A stretch of DNA of 52,511 nucleotides from Candidatus Levyibacteriota bacterium (GTDB lineage: Bacteria; Patescibacteriota; Microgenomatia; Levybacterales; UBA12049), in assembly GCA_016199085.1 (NCBI GenBank), contig JACQHJ010000008.1, positions 1-52,511 on the forward strand, written 5' to 3'. The position numbers and the translations under genes were made by a program. This document shows positions 42,811-50,799 of the stretch, in pieces. The notes below the pieces were generated by a model. The model had not been told where the DNA came from. It made no database searches and worked only from the letters and a program-made list of their open reading frames with translations. How positions within the stretch are numbered: position 1 is the first letter of the stretch; every line of letters begins with the position of its first letter.

Positions 42811-43967
42811 AGTATTTGCAAATCTTTGCAAACATCTGTCTAGTTTTAGCATTATATTATTTAATCTATTACGTTTATCTGGGTATTGTCTCTCCTATTC
42901 CTCAAGCGGGAGACAGTTTTGACTATCATATTCCAATTGCAAAATCTATTTTAGACGGAAGCTTTCTAAGCGGCCTTGGTTTTACCAAATATCAGCATTT
43001 CTATCCTGGCACGAGTGAAATTATTAATTCCTTATTTATTCTTTTAAACATTCCCTTAACCCTTTCAAACATAATACCTTCGGTTTTGCTTGGTATCTCA
43101 TGTTTTATCTTGGGAAGAGTATACAGATTGGATAAGTACTCAGCAATAATCTTTGCATCTTCAATTTTTACCTTAAATGCGATCCTTCGATGGATGAATG
43201 CAGTCAGTGTTGACGCTTGGATAGGAGTATATTTTGTTTTAGCTTTGATTCTTTTAAAAAATCCAAACAAAACCGTTTTGTATTTTTTAAAATTAGGTGT
43301 CGTGTTCGGACTCCTAATAGGAACAAAGTATTCTGCAGTTTTGCTTTCTTTAGTATTACTTGTTTTTTATTTCAAAGATTTAATTAAAGTTTTAAATTTA
43401 AGAAACCTCATCTCCTTTTTGATTCCTTTTAGCGCACTAGGCCTTTTTTGGTATTTTAGAAATTTCTTGATAATGGGAAACCCTTTTTATCCCGTACCAA
43501 TTCTTGGATTTCCCGGAAAAGACGTTTTTAACGGTACTACAATGTTAAAAGCTACAATTAATTATCCAATAGATATGTTTAATGCAGCTTTCTCTGAGTA
43601 TAAATTGTGGTTTTTAACTGTAATTGCTGCTCCAATACTTCTATATAAAAAGAGGGTAGAGGGGGAGATCGGAAAGCTTTTACTTTTGGGAATTGTAAGC
43701 TTTATAATTTTTCTTTTTTTTCCGACAGACAATCATACCTGGGTAATGGTTTCTAGTTTTAGATATTCTTACTTTGTCTTTGTTCCGTTAATCCTTGGTG
43801 TATTTTTATATTTCAATTCTCTTAGAAAAATGAAGTGGCTCTCTTATTTTGCTATTGCCAATATGCTTGGGGTGTCTGTAATAACATACCAGCCGAAGCT
43901 GATATTGATAGTTATACCACTTGCCTTAGCTCTTGCATGGATAAGTTCTTGGCGCACAGGAAGATGA
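42807..43967 (+). CDS. Polytopic membrane protein, GT-C glycosyltransferase-like
   Basis: 'DSFDYHIP', 'GTKY', 'WYFRN...GNPFYP' resemble the product of 1..1581. Confidence 0.6.
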   Translation: MKYLQIFANICLVLALYYLIYYVYLGIVSPIPQAGDSFDYHIPIAKSILDGSFLSGLGFTKYQHFYPGTSEIINSLFILLNIPLTLSNIIPSVLLGISCFILGRVYRLDKYSAIIFASSIFTLNAILRWMNAVSVDAWIGVYFVLALILLKNPNKTVLYFLKLGVVFGLLIGTKYSAVLLSLVLLVFYFKDLIKVLNLRNLISFLIPFSALGLFWYFRNFLIMGNPFYPVPILGFPGKDVFNGTTMLKATINYPIDMFNAAFSEYKLWFLTVIAAPILLYKKRVEGEIGKLLLLGIVSFIIFLFFPTDNHTWVMVSSFRYSYFVFVPLILGVFLYFNSLRKMKWLSYFAIANMLGVSVITYQPKLILIVIPLALALAWISSWRTGR

Positions 43968-45011
43968 AGATACCTCTGCAACTATTTTATAGTTATGGAC
44001 ATTAATTGCCAGTAGATACTCTGCTGTGCTTGGAGCAGCTGCCTCAAGTCTTGCAAGAAGAAGTTTTGCCTTCTCTAACTGCACGGGCGTATATGATCTG
44101 TAATCCGAAAAGGGAGTAAGTATGTCTGCGTATATTTCAGCTTTATCCTCATACATTTTAGTAGTACTATATTTGCTGACTACATACCTGTCATACCCTG
44201 GCATTATACTACCGTAAACAAAACCATCCGGATTTAAGTGTCTATATTCAGGATCTCTTTCATATACGAACATTCCGCAATATGACGTATCTACTCCGTG
44301 GCCAAGCTCATGGATTATGACATGAGGCTTACCATTATAAAATGTATGAAGGGGAAGTATCATGGTATCGGGTAAAGCCTCGTAAACACCGGCTGTTCTC
44401 ATTCCATTTGCAAATGGGCTCTCGTCGACAATCTTAACTTTTCTAATTTCTGAAGCCCTAACAATTTCTACGGGAACAAAGTTAAAAGTACTCATAAATA
44501 TTTCTGTTCCCGATTTCAATCTCTCAAAATCCAATGAGTCAAAATCAACAGCTTTATATGGAAGAAATACATCTTTTAATTCCATTCCTGAAGGAACTTC
44601 AACAGAGAAAGAAAAATTGCTGGTAAAAGCATTTAACAGATCCAAAACCTCTCTTGTTGTTGATGCTTGGTAAAGCTGATCAAGGTAAGGTTCAACTTCC
44701 ACTAAAGTTAACCCTAATTCTTTTGCCTTATTTTGAGCGAATTGTTTAAATATTCCATAGTCTGTGCTTGGCACTTGACCCTTCCTGTTGAAAGCAAAGT
44801 CAACAATCCTTGCGGCTTCTGAAGGCACAACAGGACATGCATCTTGCAGAAAATTTTGCGCAAGTCTGGGAAGAAGAAAAGGATCGTTTGCGGAATATTC
44901 ACCCACACCAGCTGTTGATGCAATAGAAAGAGCAACGGCAGCAGACACAAAAGGCCGCATATTTCTACGCCTTACAAAATGTGGACCATTATCACGCTCT
45001 CTGTTAAACAT
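43926..45011 (-). CDS. Putative exported zincin-like metallopeptidase (orphan)
   Basis: N-terminal basic then hydrophobic segment; 'IIHELGHGVD' and downstream 'YS....EDKAE'; own promoter TTGATA-N17-TATAAT. Confidence 0.6.
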   Translation of the reverse strand: MFNRERDNGPHFVRRRNMRPFVSAAVALSIASTAGVGEYSANDPFLLPRLAQNFLQDACPVVPSEAARIVDFAFNRKGQVPSTDYGIFKQFAQNKAKELGLTLVEVEPYLDQLYQASTTREVLDLLNAFTSNFSFSVEVPSGMELKDVFLPYKAVDFDSLDFERLKSGTEIFMSTFNFVPVEIVRASEIRKVKIVDESPFANGMRTAGVYEALPDTMILPLHTFYNGKPHVIIHELGHGVDTSYCGMFVYERDPEYRHLNPDGFVYGSIMPGYDRYVVSKYSTTKMYEDKAEIYADILTPFSDYRSYTPVQLEKAKLLLARLEAAAPSTAEYLLAINVHNYKIVAEVSSSSCAPRTYPCKS

Positions 45012-45073
45012 AAGCGATAATTATATCAGTCATGTCAGTAAATATCAAACTATAGGTTAGACAAGGAAACCGC

Positions 45074-45099
45074 AAAAAAACCCCTTGCGGGGCTTTTTC
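45074..45099 (-). terminator. Intrinsic terminator (possibly bidirectional)
   Basis: GAAAAAGCCCC-GCAA-GGGGTTTTTTT. Confidence 0.8.
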
Positions 45100-45150
45100 G
45101 GGGTAATCTATTGCTAGATCTCCTGCCTTTAATACTTTCGTATTAGAGGT
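45074..45150 (-). ncRNA. Candidate small structured RNA with three GNRA-capped hairpins
   Basis: Minus strand: CCTCTAATAC-GAAA-GTATTAAAGG, GATCTA-GCAA-TAGATT, GCCCC-GCAA-GGGGT plus U-tract; directly after a consensus promoter. Confidence 0.6.
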
Positions 45151-45157
45151 AAAAAGC

Positions 45158-45186
45158 ATTTTATACTCCTAATCATACTTTGTCAA
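45158..45186 (-). promoter_or_regulatory. Sigma70 promoter
   Basis: TTGACA (45186-45181), 17-nt spacer, TAAAAT (45163-45158). Confidence 0.75.
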
Positions 45187-45213
45187 TAGGCAAAATATAA
45201 AACACAAATTAAG

Positions 45214-45471
45214 TTACTGGCGTGCTTGAAGTTTTGATTTCACCTCTTGGTTAAATGAACTGTACCATCCTTCAAAGTCCGCTTGTTTTCTTTCAATGTT
45301 TGAGAATTTACTTTTATAGATAGATTGGTTTTTGGAAATAATTTGATTAAATTCATTAAAATTATTCTCGATGTTGCTTAGTTTTGTCGAAAGAACAACA
45401 AAAAGAATTGCTATTGCTGCAAATGAGAGTATTGAAATGTAAAACCCGATAATTCCTAACTTTGACTCCAT
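45214..45471 (-). CDS. Small single-TM coiled-coil hypothetical protein
   Basis: 85 aa, N-terminal TM helix, SD AGGAG. Confidence 0.6.
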   Translation of the reverse strand: MESKLGIIGFYISILSFAAIAILFVVLSTKLSNIENNFNEFNQIISKNQSIYKSKFSNIERKQADFEGWYSSFNQEVKSKLQARQ

Positions 45472-45482
45472 AATACTCCTTT

Positions 45483-45740
45483 CTAAGCAGTCCTCATTCT
45501 TGGTGAGGATACAATGAGAGGTCTAACAAGTGTTCCTCCGCCGATTGGAACTAACCTTCTTGGTATAGTCGTCGCTACGTATACCACAGGATTTCCTTCT
45601 TGGGGTGTCGATCTTTTGTGAACAACCGTTGCTTCTACTCTTGCTCTTTTTTCATTTGGTCCTTGAAAGTATATGACAACATCTGTTCCCAGGCTTACTG
45701 TTCTTACTTTTTTAAATTCTCCCTGTCTTCTTTCCGGCAT
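45483..45740 (-). CDS. Hypothetical protein (orphan)
   Basis: 85 aa; TTGACA-N17-TAATAT 8 nt before ATG. Confidence 0.55.
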   Translation of the reverse strand: MPERRQGEFKKVRTVSLGTDVVIYFQGPNEKRARVEATVVHKRSTPQEGNPVVYVATTIPRRLVPIGGGTLVRPLIVSSPRMRTA

Positions 45741-45781
45741 AGTCGAAGATATTATCAGACTAATAATAACTTGTCAATTGA

Positions 45782-46339
45782 TTAAGGTTTTATAAAGTTT
45801 GAAGCGGTTATTACAAGCAAAACTCCAATGGTATTAAATATAAATGAAATTATAATAAATTTATAAACCTTTACTTTTGATATTCCAAGCAAACTTACTC
45901 CGATTTCATCAGGCAGGGGAGAGGCAATAATAAAGGCACCAATCACAGGCAGAGTCCAGCTGAAGTATTTTGTGTGCAAAACGTGATTAATATGATTTCC
46001 CCCTAATCTTTCATAAATACCGTCAATTTCTTTTACCAAATCATCTTTTACAAATTTATATATCGTCAAGTCTCCAAGTACTGCTCCCAAACCAGCTAGT
46101 ATCCCTAGTTCTATGGGAGAAAGTGTTTCGGCAAGAATAAGTAAAATTACGGTCGCAGTTGCAACGGTAAATGAAGACGTAAAAAAAATTCCGGCAATAA
46201 AACCACCTATGTAACCTAATTCTCCAAAACGAAGTAGGAAAGTATGGAATTGTTCGGATCTTGAAAGAATCAGTGCAAAAACAATGGAAAGGAAAAGAAA
46301 AGTCAGGTTTCTATATTTCCAATGTTTTAATAAGTACAT
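45782..46339 (-). CDS. Membrane protein (distantly DedA/VTT-like)
   Basis: About five TM segments; 'GLGAVLGD', 'IIASPLPDEIG'. Confidence 0.65.
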   Translation of the reverse strand: MYLLKHWKYRNLTFLFLSIVFALILSRSEQFHTFLLRFGELGYIGGFIAGIFFTSSFTVATATVILLILAETLSPIELGILAGLGAVLGDLTIYKFVKDDLVKEIDGIYERLGGNHINHVLHTKYFSWTLPVIGAFIIASPLPDEIGVSLLGISKVKVYKFIIISFIFNTIGVLLVITASNFIKP

Positions 46340-46444
46340 GTATTTACTATAGCAAAATATTTGTAATATTTTAAATAAACTATATACTTAATGATCATTA
46401 ATCCTATAGTTGAATTCAGGACTTTTGCATGCTAATATGTAACG

Positions 46445-47077
46445 ATGTCTGAGCTGATTGGTAAAAATCCCAAGCTTCAACCAGAATATTGGGAAGGAAA
46501 AACAATCCATGATGGTGGAGAATTAACTGATTATCCTGAATATGGAAAAGGCGAAATTGCCTTTGCAAGAGAGTCAGTAAGGGCCGTATTGGGCAATCCG
46601 CCATTCGCAATTCCCCACGAACCGGTTGCAATCTTTGAACATGGCACAACTTTTGACTCCTCTGCTTATCAACCAGGTACAGTCGTAAATCTAACCGTAG
46701 AATCATTAATAGGTCCCTTAGGCAACAATTTAGCGTTGTTTATTAGAAAGTACTGGGCATCTGTAGTGAAATCTAAGGACAAGGCTCCAGGCCCAGAATC
46801 CCTTTTAATTGGATTCAACGAATGGGTTGAGCATGTTGGATATAGCAATCGAGAAGTTAGAAGAATGAATTATGGAATAAGTCCCGTCCCTTTCCCCGTA
46901 AGTTTTAGGATTGGGGAAATTTGGAGAGACCAAGTTTCAAGTGTTGGAAATATAGAAGAGCTAAGGAAAGCTACTAGACTTGAGGTAATTGCCGTAGGTC
47001 AACAAGTAAAAAGAGATGTTAGAGAAAGAAATCCTCTTAGGAGACTACGACTCGTTCCATCTAGGTTTTCGGCTTAA
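46445..47077 (+). CDS. Hypothetical protein (orphan)
   Basis: 210-aa ORF; extended -10 TGcTAATAT 6 nt before ATG. Confidence 0.65.
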   Translation: MSELIGKNPKLQPEYWEGKTIHDGGELTDYPEYGKGEIAFARESVRAVLGNPPFAIPHEPVAIFEHGTTFDSSAYQPGTVVNLTVESLIGPLGNNLALFIRKYWASVVKSKDKAPGPESLLIGFNEWVEHVGYSNREVRRMNYGISPVPFPVSFRIGEIWRDQVSSVGNIEELRKATRLEVIAVGQQVKRDVRERNPLRRLRLVPSRFSA

Positions 47078-47098
47078 TTGTCATTAGAGACAGTGGAA

Positions 47099-47587
47099 TT
47101 ATTCTCTTTCTACTCCTCTTCCGAAGTCCTGAGCAGTCTCGGTTCCCATTAGAGTTGGTATAACCATTCCGTTCTCAATAGTTACTAATCCTGCATCAAC
47201 CATCATATCAGCCCATGATTTAATAGGTAATAGCTCAAAAGCATCTTCCTCTGTCGCTTGAAATACTTCGTTTAGCTCTCCACAGAATGCTTCAGAAACT
47301 TCATGTGCAGCTAAATAACTGTCAGGATGTGCTTCGCTGTATAAGCTGGATGCAGAATCACGCAACATTCCTGCTGCAAGAGGATAAATATGGTCAAAAT
47401 CTCCCGCATCTACTGTTCCGGCCCATTCTTCGGATATTCTGTATCTTTGTTGAAATTCCTGTCGTAATCCAGTTTGTAGTGTGGTGTCAAAAAGAATTAA
47501 GGCTCCTGAATTACCAGACTGCTCTACTCTTGTACGAACTTGTCCTAAAAATTGAGGCAATGGTATTTCTCTGTTTTGAAGTGTCAT
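47099..47587 (-). CDS. Hypothetical acidic protein (orphan)
   Basis: 162-aa ORF; TTGACA-N17-TATTTT upstream. Confidence 0.6.
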   Translation of the reverse strand: MTLQNREIPLPQFLGQVRTRVEQSGNSGALILFDTTLQTGLRQEFQQRYRISEEWAGTVDAGDFDHIYPLAAGMLRDSASSLYSEAHPDSYLAAHEVSEAFCGELNEVFQATEEDAFELLPIKSWADMMVDAGLVTIENGMVIPTLMGTETAQDFGRGVERE

Positions 47588-47673
47588 TCAAGTAACAAAA
47601 TAGCACCTAACAAATACTTTGTCAACGATAATCTGATTAGTCTGGTTCAGCAATCTAAGCATCACTTAAATTT

Positions 47674-47707
47674 GTACCGCCAAATGCTTAGGAATTGGAA
47701 CCAGATA
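47674..47707 (+). repeat. Cassette-boundary repeat R1
   Basis: GTACCGCCAAATGCTTAGGAATTGGAACCAGATA; TGTACCGCCAA (47673-47683) is identical to 51563-51573 at the tRNA-Glu 3' end. Confidence 0.8.
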
Positions 47708-47726
47708 TTGAATCTCTTAGCTTATT

Positions 47727-48179
47727 TTAAAAGTCGTCATTTTCCAGTTTCCATTCCTCAACTACATGAGAGTCTCTTGCGACAAAAGGAGATTGTGAAT
47801 GCATTCGGTAATAATGGCTTCTCTCGCTTGGTGTAAGAAGCTCACTTTTAATTGTGGCTCTAATATCTACTGTTAATCCACTTCTCCTGAATGCTGCTGT
47901 TACGCGTCTATATCTTCTGCTTCCCCAACCTGTTTGCCACTCTCCTCCATTAAATATTATATCTAAGTCTATATCCTCTCCATCTTCATATGTTCCTTTT
48001 GCATAACTTCCGCCTAGAGTAAACGCGTCTATAGATGGAATACTAGTAAGCAATGCAGCTAATATTGTAGGAACCGTTAGATAGATAGAGTGTCGACTTT
48101 TATTGTGATACCCTGCAATATATAAATGCGTTTGTTCTACGTCTGGAATTTTCCGTTTAGTTCTGTGTTCAGGCGACAT
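47727..48179 (-). CDS. Minimal nucleotidyltransferase-domain protein (Pol beta superfamily)
   Basis: 'LGGSYAKG.....DIDLD' GS...DxD motif and later 'VDI'. Confidence 0.7.
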   Translation of the reverse strand: MSPEHRTKRKIPDVEQTHLYIAGYHNKSRHSIYLTVPTILAALLTSIPSIDAFTLGGSYAKGTYEDGEDIDLDIIFNGGEWQTGWGSRRYRRVTAAFRRSGLTVDIRATIKSELLTPSERSHYYRMHSQSPFVARDSHVVEEWKLENDDF

Positions 48180-48228
48180 GGAGCATATTTTAACTCAAGA
48201 AAACTTTAATTTCAAACTATAGGGCTGA

Positions 48229-48263
48229 GCACCCCAAATGTTTCAGAATTGGAACGAGATACG
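48229..48263 (+). repeat. Cassette-boundary repeat R2
   Basis: GCACCCCAAATGTTTCAGAATTGGAACGAGATACG; 32/35 identical to R4. Confidence 0.9.
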
Positions 48264-48314
48264 AGTTTCGCTGGAGAAATGGAAAGAACTTTAAATCCCA
48301 ATCCGCAGCAACTT

Positions 48315-48343
48315 TTGACTTTAACTAAATTAGATATTAGAAT
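48315..48343 (+). promoter_or_regulatory. Sigma70 promoter for the first PurM-like gene, in the repeat tail
   Basis: TTGACT-N17-TAGAAT, 13 nt before ATG 48357. Confidence 0.6.
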
Positions 48344-48356
48344 CATTTATATCTTC

Positions 48357-49367
48357 ATGTCTATCACTTACCAAAAATCGGGAGTAAATTATAACCTCAT
48401 GGATCAGTTTAAAAACGCCTGTATAAAAGCTGGAAATAATTCTCCTCAATTAATAGAAATTCATGATTATTATCTAATTGATGTTCTTGAAGGACTGGGT
48501 AGTTTAGGCAAATTAGCTGATGATATTTATAAGCTAACTGGCAAGGACTACTATTATGAGGTGGGTTGGGGAAATGCAGCAACCGTAATAAACGATCTAA
48601 TATCCATAGGAGCTACTCCTTTAACATTAAAGCTATTCGTTGCAGCAGGAAATGAAAAATGGTTTGGAGATAAAAAGAGATGGAAGAATTTAGTTAAAGG
48701 CTTTAAGGATGCCGCAAACTACTCAAAAGCATTATGGAATGGCGGCGAAACCCAAACATTAGTAAAAGTTGTCTCTCCAGATTCTATCGTCTTAGCAGGG
48801 TCAGCTACTGGTATTGTAAAACCAAAGAGTTGGTTAATAGACGAAAACAATATTAGGGAAAACGACGATATCATATTTTTCAAAAGCTCTGGCATTCACA
48901 CAAACGGCGTCACCTTGATAAGAAAGCTATTTCAAAACAACGGAAAAACCCTAATAAAAGTAATTGAGCAGAAGACTATAATTTATAGCCCAATAATACT
49001 TAAGATTTTAAAAAATAATATAAAAATTCATTTCGCAACCCACATTACAGGTCATGGGTGGCGTAAGATTATGCGGCCTAAAAAGAATTTTGTTTACAGA
49101 ATAGATGAGATACCAACTCCTCCAGAAATTTTTAAAATTATTCAAACCAAAGCAAGTTTATCCGATTTACAAATGTATTCAGATTTTAATATGGGCGTAG
49201 GATATGCAATATTTGTTTCCCAAAAAGATACAAAGAAAGTATTAGAAATTGCAAGAAACTTGAAATTTAATGCATTTGCTGCTGGAAAAGTTGAATCAGG
49301 AGAAAGAAAAGTAATTATAGAACCATTGAATATTACCCTAGAAGGTAAATCTTTAAAAATAAGATAG
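48357..49367 (+). CDS. purM: PurM-like AIR synthase family protein, copy 1
   Basis: 'ITYQKSGVN', 'EGLGS', 'INDL...GA.P', 'GGET', 'SSGIHTNG', 'HITGHG', 'FNMGVG'; probable start 48357 rather than 48249. Confidence 0.8.
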   Translation: MSITYQKSGVNYNLMDQFKNACIKAGNNSPQLIEIHDYYLIDVLEGLGSLGKLADDIYKLTGKDYYYEVGWGNAATVINDLISIGATPLTLKLFVAAGNEKWFGDKKRWKNLVKGFKDAANYSKALWNGGETQTLVKVVSPDSIVLAGSATGIVKPKSWLIDENNIRENDDIIFFKSSGIHTNGVTLIRKLFQNNGKTLIKVIEQKTIIYSPIILKILKNNIKIHFATHITGHGWRKIMRPKKNFVYRIDEIPTPPEIFKIIQTKASLSDLQMYSDFNMGVGYAIFVSQKDTKKVLEIARNLKFNAFAAGKVESGERKVIIEPLNITLEGKSLKIR

Positions 49368-49377
49368 TTTTAAACGA

Positions 49378-49412
49378 GTACCCCAAATGTTTATGAATTG
49401 GAACCAAATACG
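49378..49412 (+). repeat. Cassette-boundary repeat R3
   Basis: GTACCCCAAATGTTTATGAATTGGAACCAAATACG; 31/35 identical to R4. Confidence 0.9.
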
Positions 49413-49511
49413 AAGCTCGCTTAAAGCATGGCATGCGTCATTAAACCCTAGCTTTAACTCGAGACGATCATATGCTATAAAGTAACTACCTTAAGCTAAT
49501 AGGACTAAGTC

Positions 49512-50627
49512 ATGACAAACGAAAACCGATCAATTACTTATGCATCTACAGGAGTTAATTACGATGCCATGGATCCTATTAAAAGATTTGCTCAAATGGC
49601 GGCAAGAACCACTTCAGGAAACTTACGAGATTTAGGTTTTCAAGAACTTGAAGCAAGTAGAGGAGAGTCAGCCCATGTTATTGATGTTGGTCCATTTTAT
49701 CTTGCAACAGTAATGGAGGGATTAGGAACGAAAAATCTTGTTGCTGACGCAGTAAGAAGCGATAAAGAGCCATCCTTTTATAACAAAATAGCACAGGATA
49801 CTGTAGCGATGATAGTTAATGATTTAGTTGTCGTTGGTGCTAGACCAATGGTAGTAAGTGCATACTGGACTGCGGGAAGCGGAGACTGGTTTGAAGATGA
49901 AACAAGATCCAGGGAATTAGCAGAAGGATGGGCTAATGCTTGCAATAAGGCTGAAGCAATCTATGGAGGGGGTGAAACACCCACCCTTAAAGACATTATT
50001 AACCCTGGGACAGTAGATTTAGCTGGATCTGCAGTAGGGATCATTCAACCTAAGAGTAGACTTACATTAGGAGATAGAATTGCAGAAGGCGATAGGATTA
50101 TTTTAGCTCCGAGCTCAGGGATTCATGCTAATGGACTTACCTTAGCAAGAAGAATTGCTTTAGAAATTGCTGATGGATATAACACCAGATTATCTGATGG
50201 TAGAACCTATGGAGAAACCCTACTACAACCAACTCCAATATACGCCAAATTAGTACGAGAGCTTTTTGATGCAGGAGTTGACATTCATTATATGGTTAAT
50301 GTGACTGGACATGGCTGGAGGAAATTAATGAGAGCTACAAAAGATTACAAATATGTCATTGATGCTATACCTCAAGTACAACCAGAGTTTGATTTTATTA
50401 AGGGACATTCAGGCAATACCCTAGAGGAAATGTATGGAAATTTTAATATGGGCGCAGGATTTGCCTTTTTTGTTCCCGAACATGCAATGGAAAGAACTTT
50501 AGCTATAGCAAAAACCAGAGCATGTATTAATTTATTAAATGCAGGGGTCATTGAACCTGGACCGAAAGAAGTTGTAATAAATCCTGTTGGAGTAAGTTTT
50601 AAAGGAGAATCATTAAGTGTAAGATAA
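49512..50627 (+). CDS. purM: PurM-like AIR synthase family protein, copy 2
   Basis: 'ITYASTGVN', 'EGLGTK', 'VAMIVNDL', 'GGET', 'SSGIHANG', 'NVTGHG', 'FNMGAG'. Confidence 0.85.
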   Translation: MTNENRSITYASTGVNYDAMDPIKRFAQMAARTTSGNLRDLGFQELEASRGESAHVIDVGPFYLATVMEGLGTKNLVADAVRSDKEPSFYNKIAQDTVAMIVNDLVVVGARPMVVSAYWTAGSGDWFEDETRSRELAEGWANACNKAEAIYGGGETPTLKDIINPGTVDLAGSAVGIIQPKSRLTLGDRIAEGDRIILAPSSGIHANGLTLARRIALEIADGYNTRLSDGRTYGETLLQPTPIYAKLVRELFDAGVDIHYMVNVTGHGWRKLMRATKDYKYVIDAIPQVQPEFDFIKGHSGNTLEEMYGNFNMGAGFAFFVPEHAMERTLAIAKTRACINLLNAGVIEPGPKEVVINPVGVSFKGESLSVR

Positions 50628-50657
50628 TCCTGTCATAACAATCTAATCTTCAATTTT

Positions 50658-50692
50658 GTACCCCAAATGTTTCAGAATTGGAATCAGATACG
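50658..50692 (+). repeat. Cassette-boundary repeat R4
   Basis: GTACCCCAAATGTTTCAGAATTGGAATCAGATACG. Confidence 0.9.
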
Positions 50693-50799
50693 TAAAAATT
50701 TGGAAAAGTGGAGAAGTATTCTTCAACTCGTGCCTAACATCTCTTAGACTTTAACTGCCAAAGTGGATTAAAAATTGTTAAAAGCCCAGGAAATATTAC

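Noticed and set aside
45004-45159. Short minus-strand ORF (MLFTSNTKV...) through the candidate small RNA
   Set aside because: Its ATG overlaps the -10 box, so it would not be in the transcript, and it would run through the terminator.
47552-47836. 94-aa plus-strand ORF as a real gene
   Set aside because: It overlaps two minus-strand genes, and only the MLRNWNQI part is explained, by repeat R1.
48249-48356. 36-aa N-terminal extension of PurM copy 1 in the ORF track
   Set aside because: It starts at a TTG inside repeat R2 and spans a consensus promoter; homology to copy 2 begins at MSITY (48357).
47674-50692. Repeats R1-R4 as a CRISPR array
   Set aside because: The spacers are 0.5-1.3 kb and contain whole genes, the repeats are degenerate, and there are no cas genes.
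47674-50692. Repeats as classical integron attC sites
   Set aside because: No RYYYAAC...GTTRRRY ends or long imperfect palindrome, no intI, and cargo lies in both orientations.
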